Source of the DNA: Burkholderiales bacterium
GTDB taxonomy: Bacteria > Pseudomonadota > Gammaproteobacteria > Burkholderiales > SG8-39
Length of the DNA: 64,000 nucleotides
Reading direction: 5' to 3'
Assembly (NCBI GenBank): GCA_035649875.1
Contig: DASRIR010000337.1
Location: 16,219 to 80,218, forward strand
A program made the position numbers and the translations under genes. Each line of letters begins with the position of its first letter. Position 1 is the first letter of the stretch. This document shows positions 6,457 through 16,726 of the stretch, piece after piece. Under the pieces are notes generated by a model that was not told the origin of the DNA, made no database searches, and worked only from the letters and a program-made list of their open reading frames with translations.

Positions 6457-7794
6457 TCAGGCTCCTGTCTGTGGAACCGGTTTCGCACGCGCCATCAGCG
6501 CGTACCAGTCGATGCGCCGCGTCGCGAGCATGACCACGCCGAGCAGCGCGAAGAGCAGCAGCGAGCCGCCAAGCAGCGAGTAGTCCTCGGCCTTGAGCAG
6601 CGCGTAGAGCACGCCGTACAGTGCGGCGAGCACGGTGCCGAACGCGGCGGCGACGCCGACGCTGCGCAGCACCCGGACCAGGTACGTGGTGATCAGGCCG
6701 ACGCACGCGACCGTCGCGGCCACATACGCCGCGGCGAACTCGATGTGCTCGGAAAGCGCGGTGAGCAGCAGGAAGAACATGGCGAGCGCGAGGCCGACGA
6801 GCGCGTACTGCACCGGATGGATCGCGAGCCGGCGCAGCAGCTCGAACAGCAGGAACGCCGCGAAGGTCAGGCCGATGAAGAGGAAGCCGTACTTCGAGGC
6901 GCGCTCGAGCTGGCGATAAAGGCCGACCGGCTCGATGAACGAGACCGAGAATCCCGCTTCGCCCGAGCCCTGTGCGGCGAGGCGCGAGATCTTCCAGCTC
7001 GCGCGGAAGCCGTCGGCGCGGATGTCGTGTCCGGCCGGCAGGAAGCGCCCCTGGAACGACGGATGCGGCCAGTTCGCGCGCATCGTGACCGTGGTATCGG
7101 CGGCGATCGGCGCGAGCGAGAACGCTTCCGAGCCGCCGAGCTCGAGGTCGAGCGCGAATTCGAGGGTGCGGGTTTTGGTGAAATCGAAGTCGCGGAGCAG
7201 ACTATGCAGCCCCCCGCTGAGCGCGGCGTCACCGGACCCGGGCTCGAAAACATGGCTGCCCGAGGCCGAGCGGATGCCGAGCGGGTCGCTCACGCCGAGC
7301 ACGAGGCGCGGCGTGCCCCACTTGTAGCGGCTGGTGCCGTCCTCGTAGCGCGCGCGCGCCGGGACCTCGATCGCGCCGCGCGCGTGGAGCTTCGCGGTGT
7401 AGAGCCGCGCCTTGTAGATGCCGTAGGCTTTCTCGCCGATCTCGGCGTCGATCGTCCAGTCGACGCTCGCCGCCTGCACGCGCAGGACGTTGGACTCGAA
7501 GCGCTCGTTGCGGACCTCGCGCAGCTTGCCGTCGATGGTCTCGCGCCGGATCTCGGTCCAGTGGCGCTCGTATGGGACGAAGAGATAAGGACCGGAGACG
7601 GTTTGGCGCTTTCCCCAGCCTTCGGCGATGTTCGCGACCGCTTCGTTCCGCCTTGCCTGGCGTTCGAACACGAGACCCTGGATCATCAGCACGGGCAGGA
7701 GCAGGACGAGCGCGAGCAGCGCGATTACGATTGTCTTGACGGCGGCGGCGAGGGTCATGCCGGCGAGGGTGCGGTCCAAATCTGGCAAGACCAT
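6457..7794 (-). CDS. creD: Cell-envelope integrity inner-membrane protein CreD
   Basis: N-terminal TM plus IQGLVFERQ.R motif, large periplasmic domain and C-terminal cluster of TM helices, as in the CreD family. The start could be the internal M at 7758. Confidence 0.8.
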   Translation of the reverse strand: MVLPDLDRTLAGMTLAAAVKTIVIALLALVLLLPVLMIQGLVFERQARRNEAVANIAEGWGKRQTVSGPYLFVPYERHWTEIRRETIDGKLREVRNERFESNVLRVQAASVDWTIDAEIGEKAYGIYKARLYTAKLHARGAIEVPARARYEDGTSRYKWGTPRLVLGVSDPLGIRSASGSHVFEPGSGDAALSGGLHSLLRDFDFTKTRTLEFALDLELGGSEAFSLAPIAADTTVTMRANWPHPSFQGRFLPAGHDIRADGFRASWKISRLAAQGSGEAGFSVSFIEPVGLYRQLERASKYGFLFIGLTFAAFLLFELLRRLAIHPVQYALVGLALAMFFLLLTALSEHIEFAAAYVAATVACVGLITTYLVRVLRSVGVAAAFGTVLAALYGVLYALLKAEDYSLLGGSLLLFALLGVVMLATRRIDWYALMARAKPVPQTGA

Positions 7795-7825
7795 GGCGGG
7801 ACTCTGAAGACTTGAGGAGACAACG

Positions 7826-8320
7826 ATGAAGAAGTCGCGGAAAAAGAAAGTGAAGCCGATCCCGGCCGGATATCACACGGTCACGCCTTACCTCGCCTGC
7901 GGCGACGCGGCACGCGCGATCGAGTTCTACAAGAAGGCGTTCGGCGCCTCCGAGGTGCTGCGCGTGCCCGGACCCAACGGCACGATCGGCCACGCCGAGG
8001 TGAAGATCGGCGACTCGCGCGTGATGCTCACCGACGAGTACCGCGAGATGGATTTCCTCAGCCCGCTCACGCGCGGCGGCACCACGGTGCACATCCACCT
8101 GTACGTCGCGAATGCCGACAAGATGGCAGAGCGCGCGGTCGCCGCGGGCGCCAGGCTCGTGCACCCGGTGCAGGACAAGTTCTACGGCGACCGCGCCGGC
8201 ACCGTGCGGGATCCGTTCGGCCACGTGTGGCACCTCGCCACGCATGCCGAAGATCTATCGATGGCGGAGCTGAAGAAGCGCGGCGAGAAGGCCCTTAAGG
8301 AGATGATCGGCCAGGGCTAG
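7826..8320 (+). CDS. VOC/glyoxalase-fold protein (PhnB-like)
   Basis: GYHTVTPYL...A..AIEFYKKAFGA.E......P.G.I.HAE..IG.S..M..DE and FGH.W pattern. Confidence 0.75.
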   Translation: MKKSRKKKVKPIPAGYHTVTPYLACGDAARAIEFYKKAFGASEVLRVPGPNGTIGHAEVKIGDSRVMLTDEYREMDFLSPLTRGGTTVHIHLYVANADKMAERAVAAGARLVHPVQDKFYGDRAGTVRDPFGHVWHLATHAEDLSMAELKKRGEKALKEMIGQG

Positions 8321-8324
8321 ATTT

Positions 8325-9614
8325 CTATCCCAGCGCCCGCTGGGCCCACTTCGCCCAGCCGAGCAGCGCCGCGTCGCCGTCGAACGCACCCACGAGCTGC
8401 ACCCCGAGCGGCAGTCCCTGCGGGCCGCGGCCGTGCGGCAGCGTCACGCAGGGATTGCCGAGCAGCGTCCAAGCGCGGTTGAACACCGGGTCGCCGGTGC
8501 TCGCGAGCGAGGCGGGCGCCTCGCCCGGCGCGCTCGGCGTGAGCAGGACATCGAGGTCGCGCATGTCCTGTGCGAGCGCACGGCGGCAGCGCTCCGCGGT
8601 CGCGCGCATCTCGTCATACGCCGCGCGCGTCACCTTCCAGCCTTCGTCCAGGCGCGGCTTGAGCGACGCGCTCACGTTGTTGGGATGCGTGCGGTACTCC
8701 CAGGCGAGCGCGCGCGCGGTCTCGAAGCCCATGATCACCTTGTGCCGGTCGAAGAGCTCCTCGCTTCCGGGAGGCATGTCGTAGTCCCGTACGTGCGCAC
8801 CGGCGCGCGCGAGGCGCTGCGCGGCGGCCTCGAGGTTCGCCTGCGTCGCGGCGTCGGCGAGCGCCCAGCGCGGCGTCCGGCACAGGCCCACGCGGGGTTT
8901 TCCATCGAATGCTGTGAAGTCCGGCCTCACTCGGCCAGCAACGGCCTCCAGCGATAAGGCCAGATCCTCGACTTCGCGCGCGAAGATGCCGATGGTGTCG
9001 AGCGACTCGGCGACCATCTTGAGGCCGGCGCGGTTGATCGAGCCGAAGCTCGGCTTGAGCGCGGCGACCCCGCAGTACGCCGCGGGGCGGATCACCGAGC
9101 CGCCGGTCTGTGTGCCGAGCGACGCCGGCACCATCAAGTCCGCGACCGCCGCGGCCGAGCCGCTCGAGGAGCCGCCCGGCGTATGCGCGGGGTTGTGCGG
9201 GTTGCGCGTTGGCGCCGGATGGTTGTTGGCGAACTCGGTGGTCTCGGTCTTGCCGAGGATCACGGCGCCGGCGCGCTTCAGCTCCATGACGCACGCCGCG
9301 TCGACCTTCGGCCGGTGGCCGCGGTAGATCGGCGAGTTGTATTCGGTCGGCAGCTCCGCGGTGTCGAGCACGTCCTTGATGCCGAACGGCAGGCCGTGCA
9401 GCGGCCCGCGGCGCGGGCCGCGGTCGAGTGCGCGCGCCTGCGCGAGCGCGTAGTCGCGGTCGACGAACGCCCATGCGCGCAGCCGCTCGTCGCGCGCGGC
9501 GATGCGCTCGAGGCAGGACGCGACCAGCGCCTCGGCGGTCAGCTCGCCGCGCTCGATGCGGCGCGCGGCTTCACTTAGCGAGAGCGAGAAATTCTCTTCG
9601 AGTCTTTGGTCCAT
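8325..9614 (-). CDS. Amidase (amidase-signature family)
   Basis: GGSSSGSAAAVA signature and Ser-cisSer-Lys context. Confidence 0.85.
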   Translation of the reverse strand: MDQRLEENFSLSLSEAARRIERGELTAEALVASCLERIAARDERLRAWAFVDRDYALAQARALDRGPRRGPLHGLPFGIKDVLDTAELPTEYNSPIYRGHRPKVDAACVMELKRAGAVILGKTETTEFANNHPAPTRNPHNPAHTPGGSSSGSAAAVADLMVPASLGTQTGGSVIRPAAYCGVAALKPSFGSINRAGLKMVAESLDTIGIFAREVEDLALSLEAVAGRVRPDFTAFDGKPRVGLCRTPRWALADAATQANLEAAAQRLARAGAHVRDYDMPPGSEELFDRHKVIMGFETARALAWEYRTHPNNVSASLKPRLDEGWKVTRAAYDEMRATAERCRRALAQDMRDLDVLLTPSAPGEAPASLASTGDPVFNRAWTLLGNPCVTLPHGRGPQGLPLGVQLVGAFDGDAALLGWAKWAQRALG

Positions 9615-10920
9615 AGGTCAGGAAATGGGGCGTGGGGTTTTCGATATAGGCGGCGCGCTCGCGTGCGATCGCATCACGCTGCGTGTACTTCTTCAGCTCG
9701 GCGGCGCTCAGGCCGTACACCGTGGCGCCGTTGCGCCCGAAGATCTTTGCGCGAATCGCCGGGGTGATTTCCGCGTAGCCGTATTTCTCCCTGAATTGCT
9801 GCGAGATCTGGAAAGTACGGAATGCTGTGATCTGGTCCTGCGGCGAGCCGTACCAGATCGAGTCGGTGCCCCAGAGCACGTTGTCTTCGCCGCAATGCTT
9901 GATCAGCTTGCCGAGCGCGTGCGCCGCCTGCTCCGGGTCGCGCATCAGGAAGCGCCAGGTCGAGCCGAGCTCCGCGTACACGTTGGAACCCGGCTTGACG
10001 CCATTGTCCTGCAGCGACTTGATCAGCGTGTCGATGCCGTCCTTCTGTCCGTAGGGCCCTTCCTTCACGCTGCTCACGAAGCCCGAGTGGTAGATCAGGA
10101 ACTTCACGTCCGGGAAGCGCTTCGCCACCACGCCGATGTCGCTGCATTGGCTGTGCTCGTACGAGAGGCTGCCGAACGGCAGGCCTTTGTGCACGCAGAT
10201 CACCTTCACGTTGAGCTTGCGCGCGCGCTCGATGAAGCGCGTGCCGACCTCGTCGGACAGGAAGTAGCCCTTGCCGCCCGGGCCGTACTGCGTATAGGTC
10301 TTCCACGCGCTCACGCCCCACTTCTGCGCGAGCTCGTCCATGCCCTCGAGGTCGCCGGGCTGGTTCGGGTTGACGCGGCCGTGCAGCAGGAGCCGGTGCG
10401 TGCCTTCGAGCTTGTCGACGATGCGGCGCACCGCGTCCGCGGCCTCGATCGTGACCGGCTCGGACTCGCGCGAAGAGGGGACGAACGACAGCACCATCAG
10501 GTCCGTGTCGCTGTCCATGAACACGTCCTTGATGAACACCTCGTGGTTCTTCGGATTGCCCTTGGGCGTGTCGATGAAGTGGCCCTGCACGTCGAAGATC
10601 AGCTCCTCCTTCGCCGCGCCGGTCTGCACGCGCGCGAGCTGCAGGTCGAGCGCCGCTTCCTTGTCGAGATCGTAGAAACCGCCGCTCGTGCCGTGCGCCT
10701 GGTTGAAGGCGAGCAGCGTGCTCGCGGCGCCGCAGGCAGAGATCAGGAAACTGCGTCGAGATACAGCGAGTTTCTTGGCATGCCTGGAAGCGAGGTCATG
10801 GGCCAGACGATTCGCGGCGCGGTTCGCGAGTGAGAGCGGCACCGGCACGAATTCGCCGTTCGAGGTGGTATCGAGCTTGATGGGAAGGCGGCGGCCTTCG
10901 GGATCAATCGGGAGGTTCAT
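9571..10920 (-). CDS. Amidohydrolase-family protein with Tat-type signal
   Basis: SRRSFLISACGAAS twin-arginine leader and a metal-dependent hydrolase (amidohydrolase_2-like) body. Overlaps the amidase start by 44 nt. Confidence 0.7.
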   Translation of the reverse strand: MNLPIDPEGRRLPIKLDTTSNGEFVPVPLSLANRAANRLAHDLASRHAKKLAVSRRSFLISACGAASTLLAFNQAHGTSGGFYDLDKEAALDLQLARVQTGAAKEELIFDVQGHFIDTPKGNPKNHEVFIKDVFMDSDTDLMVLSFVPSSRESEPVTIEAADAVRRIVDKLEGTHRLLLHGRVNPNQPGDLEGMDELAQKWGVSAWKTYTQYGPGGKGYFLSDEVGTRFIERARKLNVKVICVHKGLPFGSLSYEHSQCSDIGVVAKRFPDVKFLIYHSGFVSSVKEGPYGQKDGIDTLIKSLQDNGVKPGSNVYAELGSTWRFLMRDPEQAAHALGKLIKHCGEDNVLWGTDSIWYGSPQDQITAFRTFQISQQFREKYGYAEITPAIRAKIFGRNGATVYGLSAAELKKYTQRDAIARERAAYIENPTPHFLTYGPKTRREFLALAK

Positions 10921-11651
10921 GGCAAGCCTCTGTGGAGATGGCGGTCGACGGCGAGGAGCATGGCGTTCACGCCCGCCGCGAAAACGACCAGCAGGAGCGT
11001 AAGGGCAAGGATACGCTCAATATTGTGCAGGCTCATGGCCTGCATCAGCAGATGGCCGAGGCCGCGCTGCGAGCCGAACATCTCGCCCAGCAGCGTGCCG
11101 ATCAGGGCGAGCGAAAACCCCACCCGGATGCCGGTCACGATCTCGGGCAGGGCGGCAGGCACAAGGATCTTCCACGCGAGCGCGGAGGGGGAGAGCCCCA
11201 TGACCCTTGCAGTGCGCAGGTGCGTCGGATTGATGTTGCGCACCGCGTTCATGGCGAAGATCGAGATCGGCACGATGCCGTGGATCGCGCCGAACGCCAC
11301 CTTCGCCGGCATGCCGATGCCGAAGATGAGCAGGATCACCGGGTAGAGCGTCACTTTCGGAATCGAGTAGAGCGCCACCAGGATCGGCTCGGCCACCTCG
11401 CCCGCGAAGCGCGCGGCGCCGAGCGGCACGCCGATCAGCAGGCCGACCACCACCGCGATCGCGAAGCCCTGCACGAACGCGAGCAAGGTTTCGCGGATGT
11501 GCGGCAGGAAGCGCGTATCACCCAACATTGCCCCGAGGTTGCGCGCGGTGGCAGCGGGCGACCTCAGGGCCACGTCGCCAACGAGCAAGTAAAGGATTTC
11601 CCACAAGAGCAGGACCAAAACCAGGAGCAGCAGCGGGTCGCGCCACCTCAT
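10917..11651 (-). CDS. ABC transporter permease (NitT/TauT family)
   Basis: Start MRWRDPLLLL at 11651, ATGA overlap with the upstream gene, six-TM BPD-type permease. Confidence 0.8.
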   Translation of the reverse strand: MRWRDPLLLLVLVLLLWEILYLLVGDVALRSPAATARNLGAMLGDTRFLPHIRETLLAFVQGFAIAVVVGLLIGVPLGAARFAGEVAEPILVALYSIPKVTLYPVILLIFGIGMPAKVAFGAIHGIVPISIFAMNAVRNINPTHLRTARVMGLSPSALAWKILVPAALPEIVTGIRVGFSLALIGTLLGEMFGSQRGLGHLLMQAMSLHNIERILALTLLLVVFAAGVNAMLLAVDRHLHRGLP

Positions 11652-12396
11652 GCCCGTCTCCTGCGTGCGAGGAGCCGCTTCTCCCAGGTGTGCAGCGACA
11701 TGTTGACCGTGATCACCAGGAGCAGGATGAAAAGGATCATCGCGTACATCACGGCGTTGTCGAAGTTGTTGTAGGCGAACGAGATCTCGTAGCCGATGCC
11801 GCGGCTCGAGGTGATGAACTCGGCGCCGATCACGCCGATGAACGAGTAGGCGACGGCGAGCTTGAAGCCGGTGAAGACGTAGGGCGCCGCGTACGGAAGA
11901 CGTATTTGCGTTGCTTCCTTGAAAAAGCCCAGGCCGTGCACGCGCGCGGCTTTCAGGAGAACCGGCGGCACGCGGTCGAGGCCGTTCAGCGTGTTGATGA
12001 TTACCGCCATCACGGCGAGCAGGAAGCCGATCGCAACCTGCGGCAGGTCGCCCAGGCCGAAGATCACGATGAGCAGCGGATAGAACGCGTACATCGGCAC
12101 CGCGTAGTAGGTGGCGAAGAGCGGGTCGAGCACGCGGCGCGCCGCGGGCCAGCTCTGCAGCAGCGTGCCGAGCGCGATGCCCGCGATCATCGAGGCGACG
12201 ATGGCGATGCCGACGTTCGCCAGGGTGGCGATGATGTCGGGCGTGAACTTGCCGGATGCGAGCACTTTCCAGAGCGACTGCGCCATGGCCGAGGGCGGGA
12301 TCACGGTGAAGTTCGGGATCACGCCGGCTCGGCAAAGAATTTCGAGCAACCCCACAAGGAAGAGCAAGAGCGAAGCTCTGACCAAACCTGTTCTGG

Positions 12397-12400
<4 letters not shown>
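11648..12400 (-). CDS. ABC transporter permease (NitT/TauT family)
   Basis: Start MTRTGLVRAS at 12400, 4-nt overlap with the ATPase gene. Confidence 0.8.
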
Positions 12401-13179
<779 letters not shown>

Positions 13180-13194
13180 GCTACTTCGCGGCGT

Positions 13195-14175
13195 CTACTT
13201 CTTCCTCGTCTTCAGGTCGTCCGGCAGGAAGGATTCGTCGATCAGCTTCGACCAGTCCGCGTCGCCCTTCATCGCGCCGACGATCTTCTGCGCGCGGATC
13301 ATGTTGTCCATGGTGTCGATGCGGATGTCGCCCGGGCCCCAGTACGGCACGCCGCCTTTCTTCTCCGAATCGAGAAGGTTGCGCACCGTCGCCTCGGCCA
13401 CCGGCACTTCGAGCTCGTAGGCCTTGGCGATGATCGCCGCGGATTCCTTGGTGTTGGAAACCATGAACTCCACCGCCTTGCGCCGCGCGCGGATCACGCC
13501 GCGGATGAAATCGCCGCGCGTCTTCGCCGCCTCGCCGGTCGTGACGCCGACCACGTTGGAAAGCGCGGGCAGGATGTCGGGGGCGGATGCGATCAGCTTG
13601 TACTTGCCCTGGTTTTTCGACCACAACGGCTCCGCCACCGGCACTACGTCGACCCCACCGATCTCGAGCATGGTGAGCCCGGCGCCGAAGCCGCCGGTGC
13701 GCACCAGCTCCACTTCGTTCTCCTTGAGCTTCAAGCTTTCCATGATCAGGAACGCGAGCGCCTGGCTGGTCGAGCGCGGGTTGGTGTAGCCGAGCTTGCG
13801 GCCTTTCAGGTCCTTGAGCGAATTGACCGGGGACTTGGGCATCGCCACCCAGACGAACTCGGCCACGGTGTGTACGTTACCGCTGATGATCCGGAGGTCG
13901 GCGCCACCCTGCACCGCGGACACCACCGCCGATACCGCGGCCTCGCCATAGGCGAGCTTGCCGCCGAGCAGGTTGCGGATCGTGGTGCCGCCGCCGTCGG
14001 AGGTCAGGATGCCGTCCACGTCCACCTTGAACTCCTTGAAGTAGCCTTTCTCCATCGCCACGGCGAACGGCATGCCGTTCGTGGTCACGGCGTAGTTGGA
14101 TACGACGATCTGCTCGGCGCGCGCCGCGCCGTGCGCCAGGACGAGCGCGCAGGCGACGATGAATCCCTTCTTCAT
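13195..14175 (-). CDS. ABC substrate-binding protein (NMT1/SsuA-like)
   Basis: Start MKKGFIVACALVLAHGAARA (signal peptide) and PBP type-II fold features. Confidence 0.75.
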   Translation of the reverse strand: MKKGFIVACALVLAHGAARAEQIVVSNYAVTTNGMPFAVAMEKGYFKEFKVDVDGILTSDGGGTTIRNLLGGKLAYGEAAVSAVVSAVQGGADLRIISGNVHTVAEFVWVAMPKSPVNSLKDLKGRKLGYTNPRSTSQALAFLIMESLKLKENEVELVRTGGFGAGLTMLEIGGVDVVPVAEPLWSKNQGKYKLIASAPDILPALSNVVGVTTGEAAKTRGDFIRGVIRARRKAVEFMVSNTKESAAIIAKAYELEVPVAEATVRNLLDSEKKGGVPYWGPGDIRIDTMDNMIRAQKIVGAMKGDADWSKLIDESFLPDDLKTRKK

Positions 14176-14395
14176 GGGGGCCTCCTCCTCGGCCGAGTAT
14201 AGGGCAGGGAATCCGGCACTCCCAGAGTGTGCAATCCCGCAACATTGCTGCACCGCTCATCGAAGCGCTCCGTCCGCCTGTCGGCGGTGGTCGTAATTCG
14301 CTGCCCGGAGGCGTATTCGTTCCTCCCCCCTCTTGACAGGCTAGGCGCAATGTTGGGGACAAGCAGCCAATAAAGAAGCAAAGGGGGGGTATCCG

Positions 14396-14644
14396 ATGAA
14401 CCCGCTTCTCCAGGAAGTACAAGACGCAGTCAACACGCTGTTCCAGCGTTACCCGACGCTGTGCGGCTTCTCGGTGAAGGACGACCTGTCCTTCTCGAAC
14501 GTCGCCTGCCATCCGGCGCTGGCCGGCGCGGAAGCCGAGATTCTCTGCGAGGAGATCTCCGCCACGCTGCTGGAGCTGATGGAAGAGCAGCCCGAGGCGG
14601 CCGAGCTGCTGCGCGGCCGCACGGTGGCGCGCATCTTCCATTGA
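14396..14644 (+). CDS. Small protein, paralog family member P1 (82 aa)
   Basis: Shares LF.R.P.L.GF.V.D and the C-terminal LLRGRTVARIFH-stop with four other ORFs in the window. Good SD (AAGGGGGGG). Confidence 0.75.
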   Translation: MNPLLQEVQDAVNTLFQRYPTLCGFSVKDDLSFSNVACHPALAGAEAEILCEEISATLLELMEEQPEAAELLRGRTVARIFH

Positions 14645-15228
14645 AAAGGCTCGCCGCCGCAGCCTTACTTTTCGCCGCCGCCTGCACGGCGGGAGCGCAG
14701 GATCTCGATCGGCCCCTCCTCCTCGTGGCCGCACCGGATCTCCAGGGCATGTACAACCGCACCGCGCTCCTCGTCGTGCCGGCGGCCGGCGGCCAGCACT
14801 TCGGCTTCATCCTGAACCGCGCGACCGAGGTCAGGATGGGAACCCTGTTCCCCGAGCACGCGCCTTCGGCCAAGGTCGCCGAACCGGTGTTCTTCGGCGG
14901 CCCCGAGATGCTCGGCTCGATCTTCGCCATCGTGCCGCACGACCCGGGCGGGCCGGCGCTGCACCTATTCGGCGAGCTCTACGTCACCGCGAACGGCGCC
15001 GCGGTCGACCGCATCATCGAGAAGACGCCGAACGAGGCGCGCTACTTCGCCGGCTTCGTCGGCTGGGAGCGCGGCGAGCTCGAGAAAGAGATCGGCGCGG
15101 GGTTCTGGTACCTCACCGAGCCCGACGCGGCACTGCTTTTCCGCAAGGACACCGGCGGCATGTGGGAGGAGCTGGTGAAAAGGCTGCGGTCGCGCAGCGC
15201 GGCCCTGACTAGTAGCGCTGTCCTTTGA
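14641..15228 (+). CDS. YqgE/AlgH-family protein with N-terminal signal/lipobox-like extension
   Basis: TTG start overlaps the P1 stop (TTGA). LLVAAPDL...F.R..LLV....GG..GF.LN, FFGGP and GWE.GELE are YqgE/AlgH motifs. The first ATG would truncate the conserved core. Confidence 0.7.
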   Translation: MKRLAAAALLFAAACTAGAQDLDRPLLLVAAPDLQGMYNRTALLVVPAAGGQHFGFILNRATEVRMGTLFPEHAPSAKVAEPVFFGGPEMLGSIFAIVPHDPGGPALHLFGELYVTANGAAVDRIIEKTPNEARYFAGFVGWERGELEKEIGAGFWYLTEPDAALLFRKDTGGMWEELVKRLRSRSAALTSSAVL

Positions 15229-15499
15229 TCGTCCAGGGGATGCGCGGCCCGCTTTCGCCGTCCTCTTGTGGCCGCACCGTTCCTTTCTTCGGCCGGCCGG
15301 GCCGGTAGGTGACCTGGAAGATCTTCAGCGGCGGCACTTTCGGCGGACTCTCGAGGAAGCGGCAATCCGACTCGGTCGGCATGCTGAGCAGCGCGCCCAG
15401 GCGCCGGCCGCCGAGCATCACCGTGTAGCGCAGCATGTGAGCCGAGCCGCTCGCGGGCTGGGCGCGGATCTCGTACTTGCCGAGCTTGAACACCTTCAC
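15209..15499 (-). CDS. Small AT-hook-like protein, paralog of 20256-20525
   Basis: LGKYEIRAQP..GSAHMLRYTVMLGGRRLGAL.S.PTESDCRF...PPKVPPLKIF...RPGRPKKGT. GTG start with GAGGA SD chosen by alignment to the paralog; the longest ORF extends to 15610. Confidence 0.6.
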   Translation of the reverse strand: MKVFKLGKYEIRAQPASGSAHMLRYTVMLGGRRLGALLSMPTESDCRFLESPPKVPPLKIFQVTYRPGRPKKGTVRPQEDGESGPRIPWTIKGQRY

Positions 15500-15846
15500 G
15501 GTTCTTCCGTCCTCTGCAATGGAATGGGCGAAGCGCGGCGATCTGCGACGGCTGGCAGTGGCTTCGCCGTGGTGTGCGCCTGTATATCCCACATCGGCAC
15601 CGAAAGCCATCTATTTCGTGCATACTGGCCCATGCCTCTCTGGCTCACGCTTCCCGCGGTCCTGCTTCTGGGTACTTCCGGCTGGATCGCGATGCTCGAC
15701 CCGACCGGCGCGCCGGGGGCCCACTATCTGTGGTGGACCGGGACGGCGATCGCCGCGTCGCTCGTCCTGCTGCGGCTGCTGCGCGTCGCCTGACGGGCAC
15801 GCCGTTTGCTCCTTTCCTGGGAGCACTCAACGGAAAGGGGCTGACG

Positions 15847-16104
15847 ATGGAAACGCAATACGAAAAAGTACCGAGCAACGTGCAGGAAGTTCCGGGCCGT
15901 GACGAAACCATGCGCAAGGCGCGCGAGCGGCTCAACCAGACGCTGTCCGGCGTCAGCGAGCAGGCGAAGCACGCGGCGCAGTATGCCGACGAGACCGTGC
16001 ACAATAATCCCTGGACCTCGGTCGGGGTGGCTTTCGGCCTGGGTGCGATTTTCGGCGCGCTGATCGCGCTGGCGGCGAGCTCGAGCTCGCGAAGGATTTT
16101 CTAG
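15847..16104 (+). CDS. DUF883/ElaB-YqjD family membrane-anchored protein
   Basis: C-terminal HNNPWTSVGVAFGLGAIFGALIA tail anchor after a coiled-coil segment. Confidence 0.75.
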   Translation: METQYEKVPSNVQEVPGRDETMRKARERLNQTLSGVSEQAKHAAQYADETVHNNPWTSVGVAFGLGAIFGALIALAASSSSRRIF

Positions 16105-16146
16105 CCAGCGGCTAGAATCGCGTTCCTCTAATACCCGGGGAACGCG

Positions 16147-16653
16147 ATGAAAATTTCGATGTATCAAGCCAGCGCGCCGCGCTTCGCGAACGCGCTGCGC
16201 AACCTTTCGGCCATTCTCGACAAGGCGCAGGCGCACGCGGAGGCGAAGAAGATCGACGCCACGGTGCCCGCCGGCCTGCGGCTGATCGCCGACATGTTTC
16301 CGCTCGCGCGCCAGGTGCAGATCGCCTGCGACACCGCGAAAGGCGCGGTGGCGCGGCTCGCCGGCGTCGAGATCCCCAAGCACGAGGACACCGAGCACAC
16401 GATCCCCGAGCTCAAGGCGCGCATCGCGAAGACGCTCGACTTCATCGGCTCGGTGCCGGCGGCCAAGATCGACGGCTCGGAAACGCGCGAAGTGGTGATG
16501 AAAATGCGGGGCCAGGACGTGAAATTCACCGGCCTGCAGTACCTGATGGGGCACGCCTACCCGAACTTCTACTTCCACTACGCGACCGCCTACAACATCC
16601 TGCGCGCGAACGGGATCGAGCTCGGCAAGCGCGACTTCATCGGTAATCCGTAA
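16147..16653 (+). CDS. DUF1993 family protein
   Basis: MYQASAP.F...L.NLSAILDKA.AHAEAKKID and FPL.RQVQIACD..KG..ARLAG pattern typical of this family. Confidence 0.75.
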   Translation: MKISMYQASAPRFANALRNLSAILDKAQAHAEAKKIDATVPAGLRLIADMFPLARQVQIACDTAKGAVARLAGVEIPKHEDTEHTIPELKARIAKTLDFIGSVPAAKIDGSETREVVMKMRGQDVKFTGLQYLMGHAYPNFYFHYATAYNILRANGIELGKRDFIGNP

Positions 16654-16655
16654 CC

Positions 16656-16726
16656 GAATTCGGGGTCAGTGTCGCAATTCGTTTTCACGTACGTGAAAAC
16701 TGAATTGCGACACTGACCCCGAATTC
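16656..16726. repeat. 71-bp near-perfect palindrome (about 35-bp arms, one bulged T) between convergent genes
   Basis: GAATTCGGGGTCAGTGTCGCAATTC-GTTTTCACGTACGTGAAAAC-T-GAATTGCGACACTGACCCCGAATTC. Starts 3 nt after the stop at 16651-16653 and overlaps the stop codon of the minus gene at 16725. Confidence 0.9.

Noticed and set aside
6226-7815. 529-aa plus-strand ORF opposite creD
   Set aside because: It is an antisense shadow, extremely Arg/Glu/Asp/Ala-rich with no motifs. The minus strand encodes a recognisable CreD.
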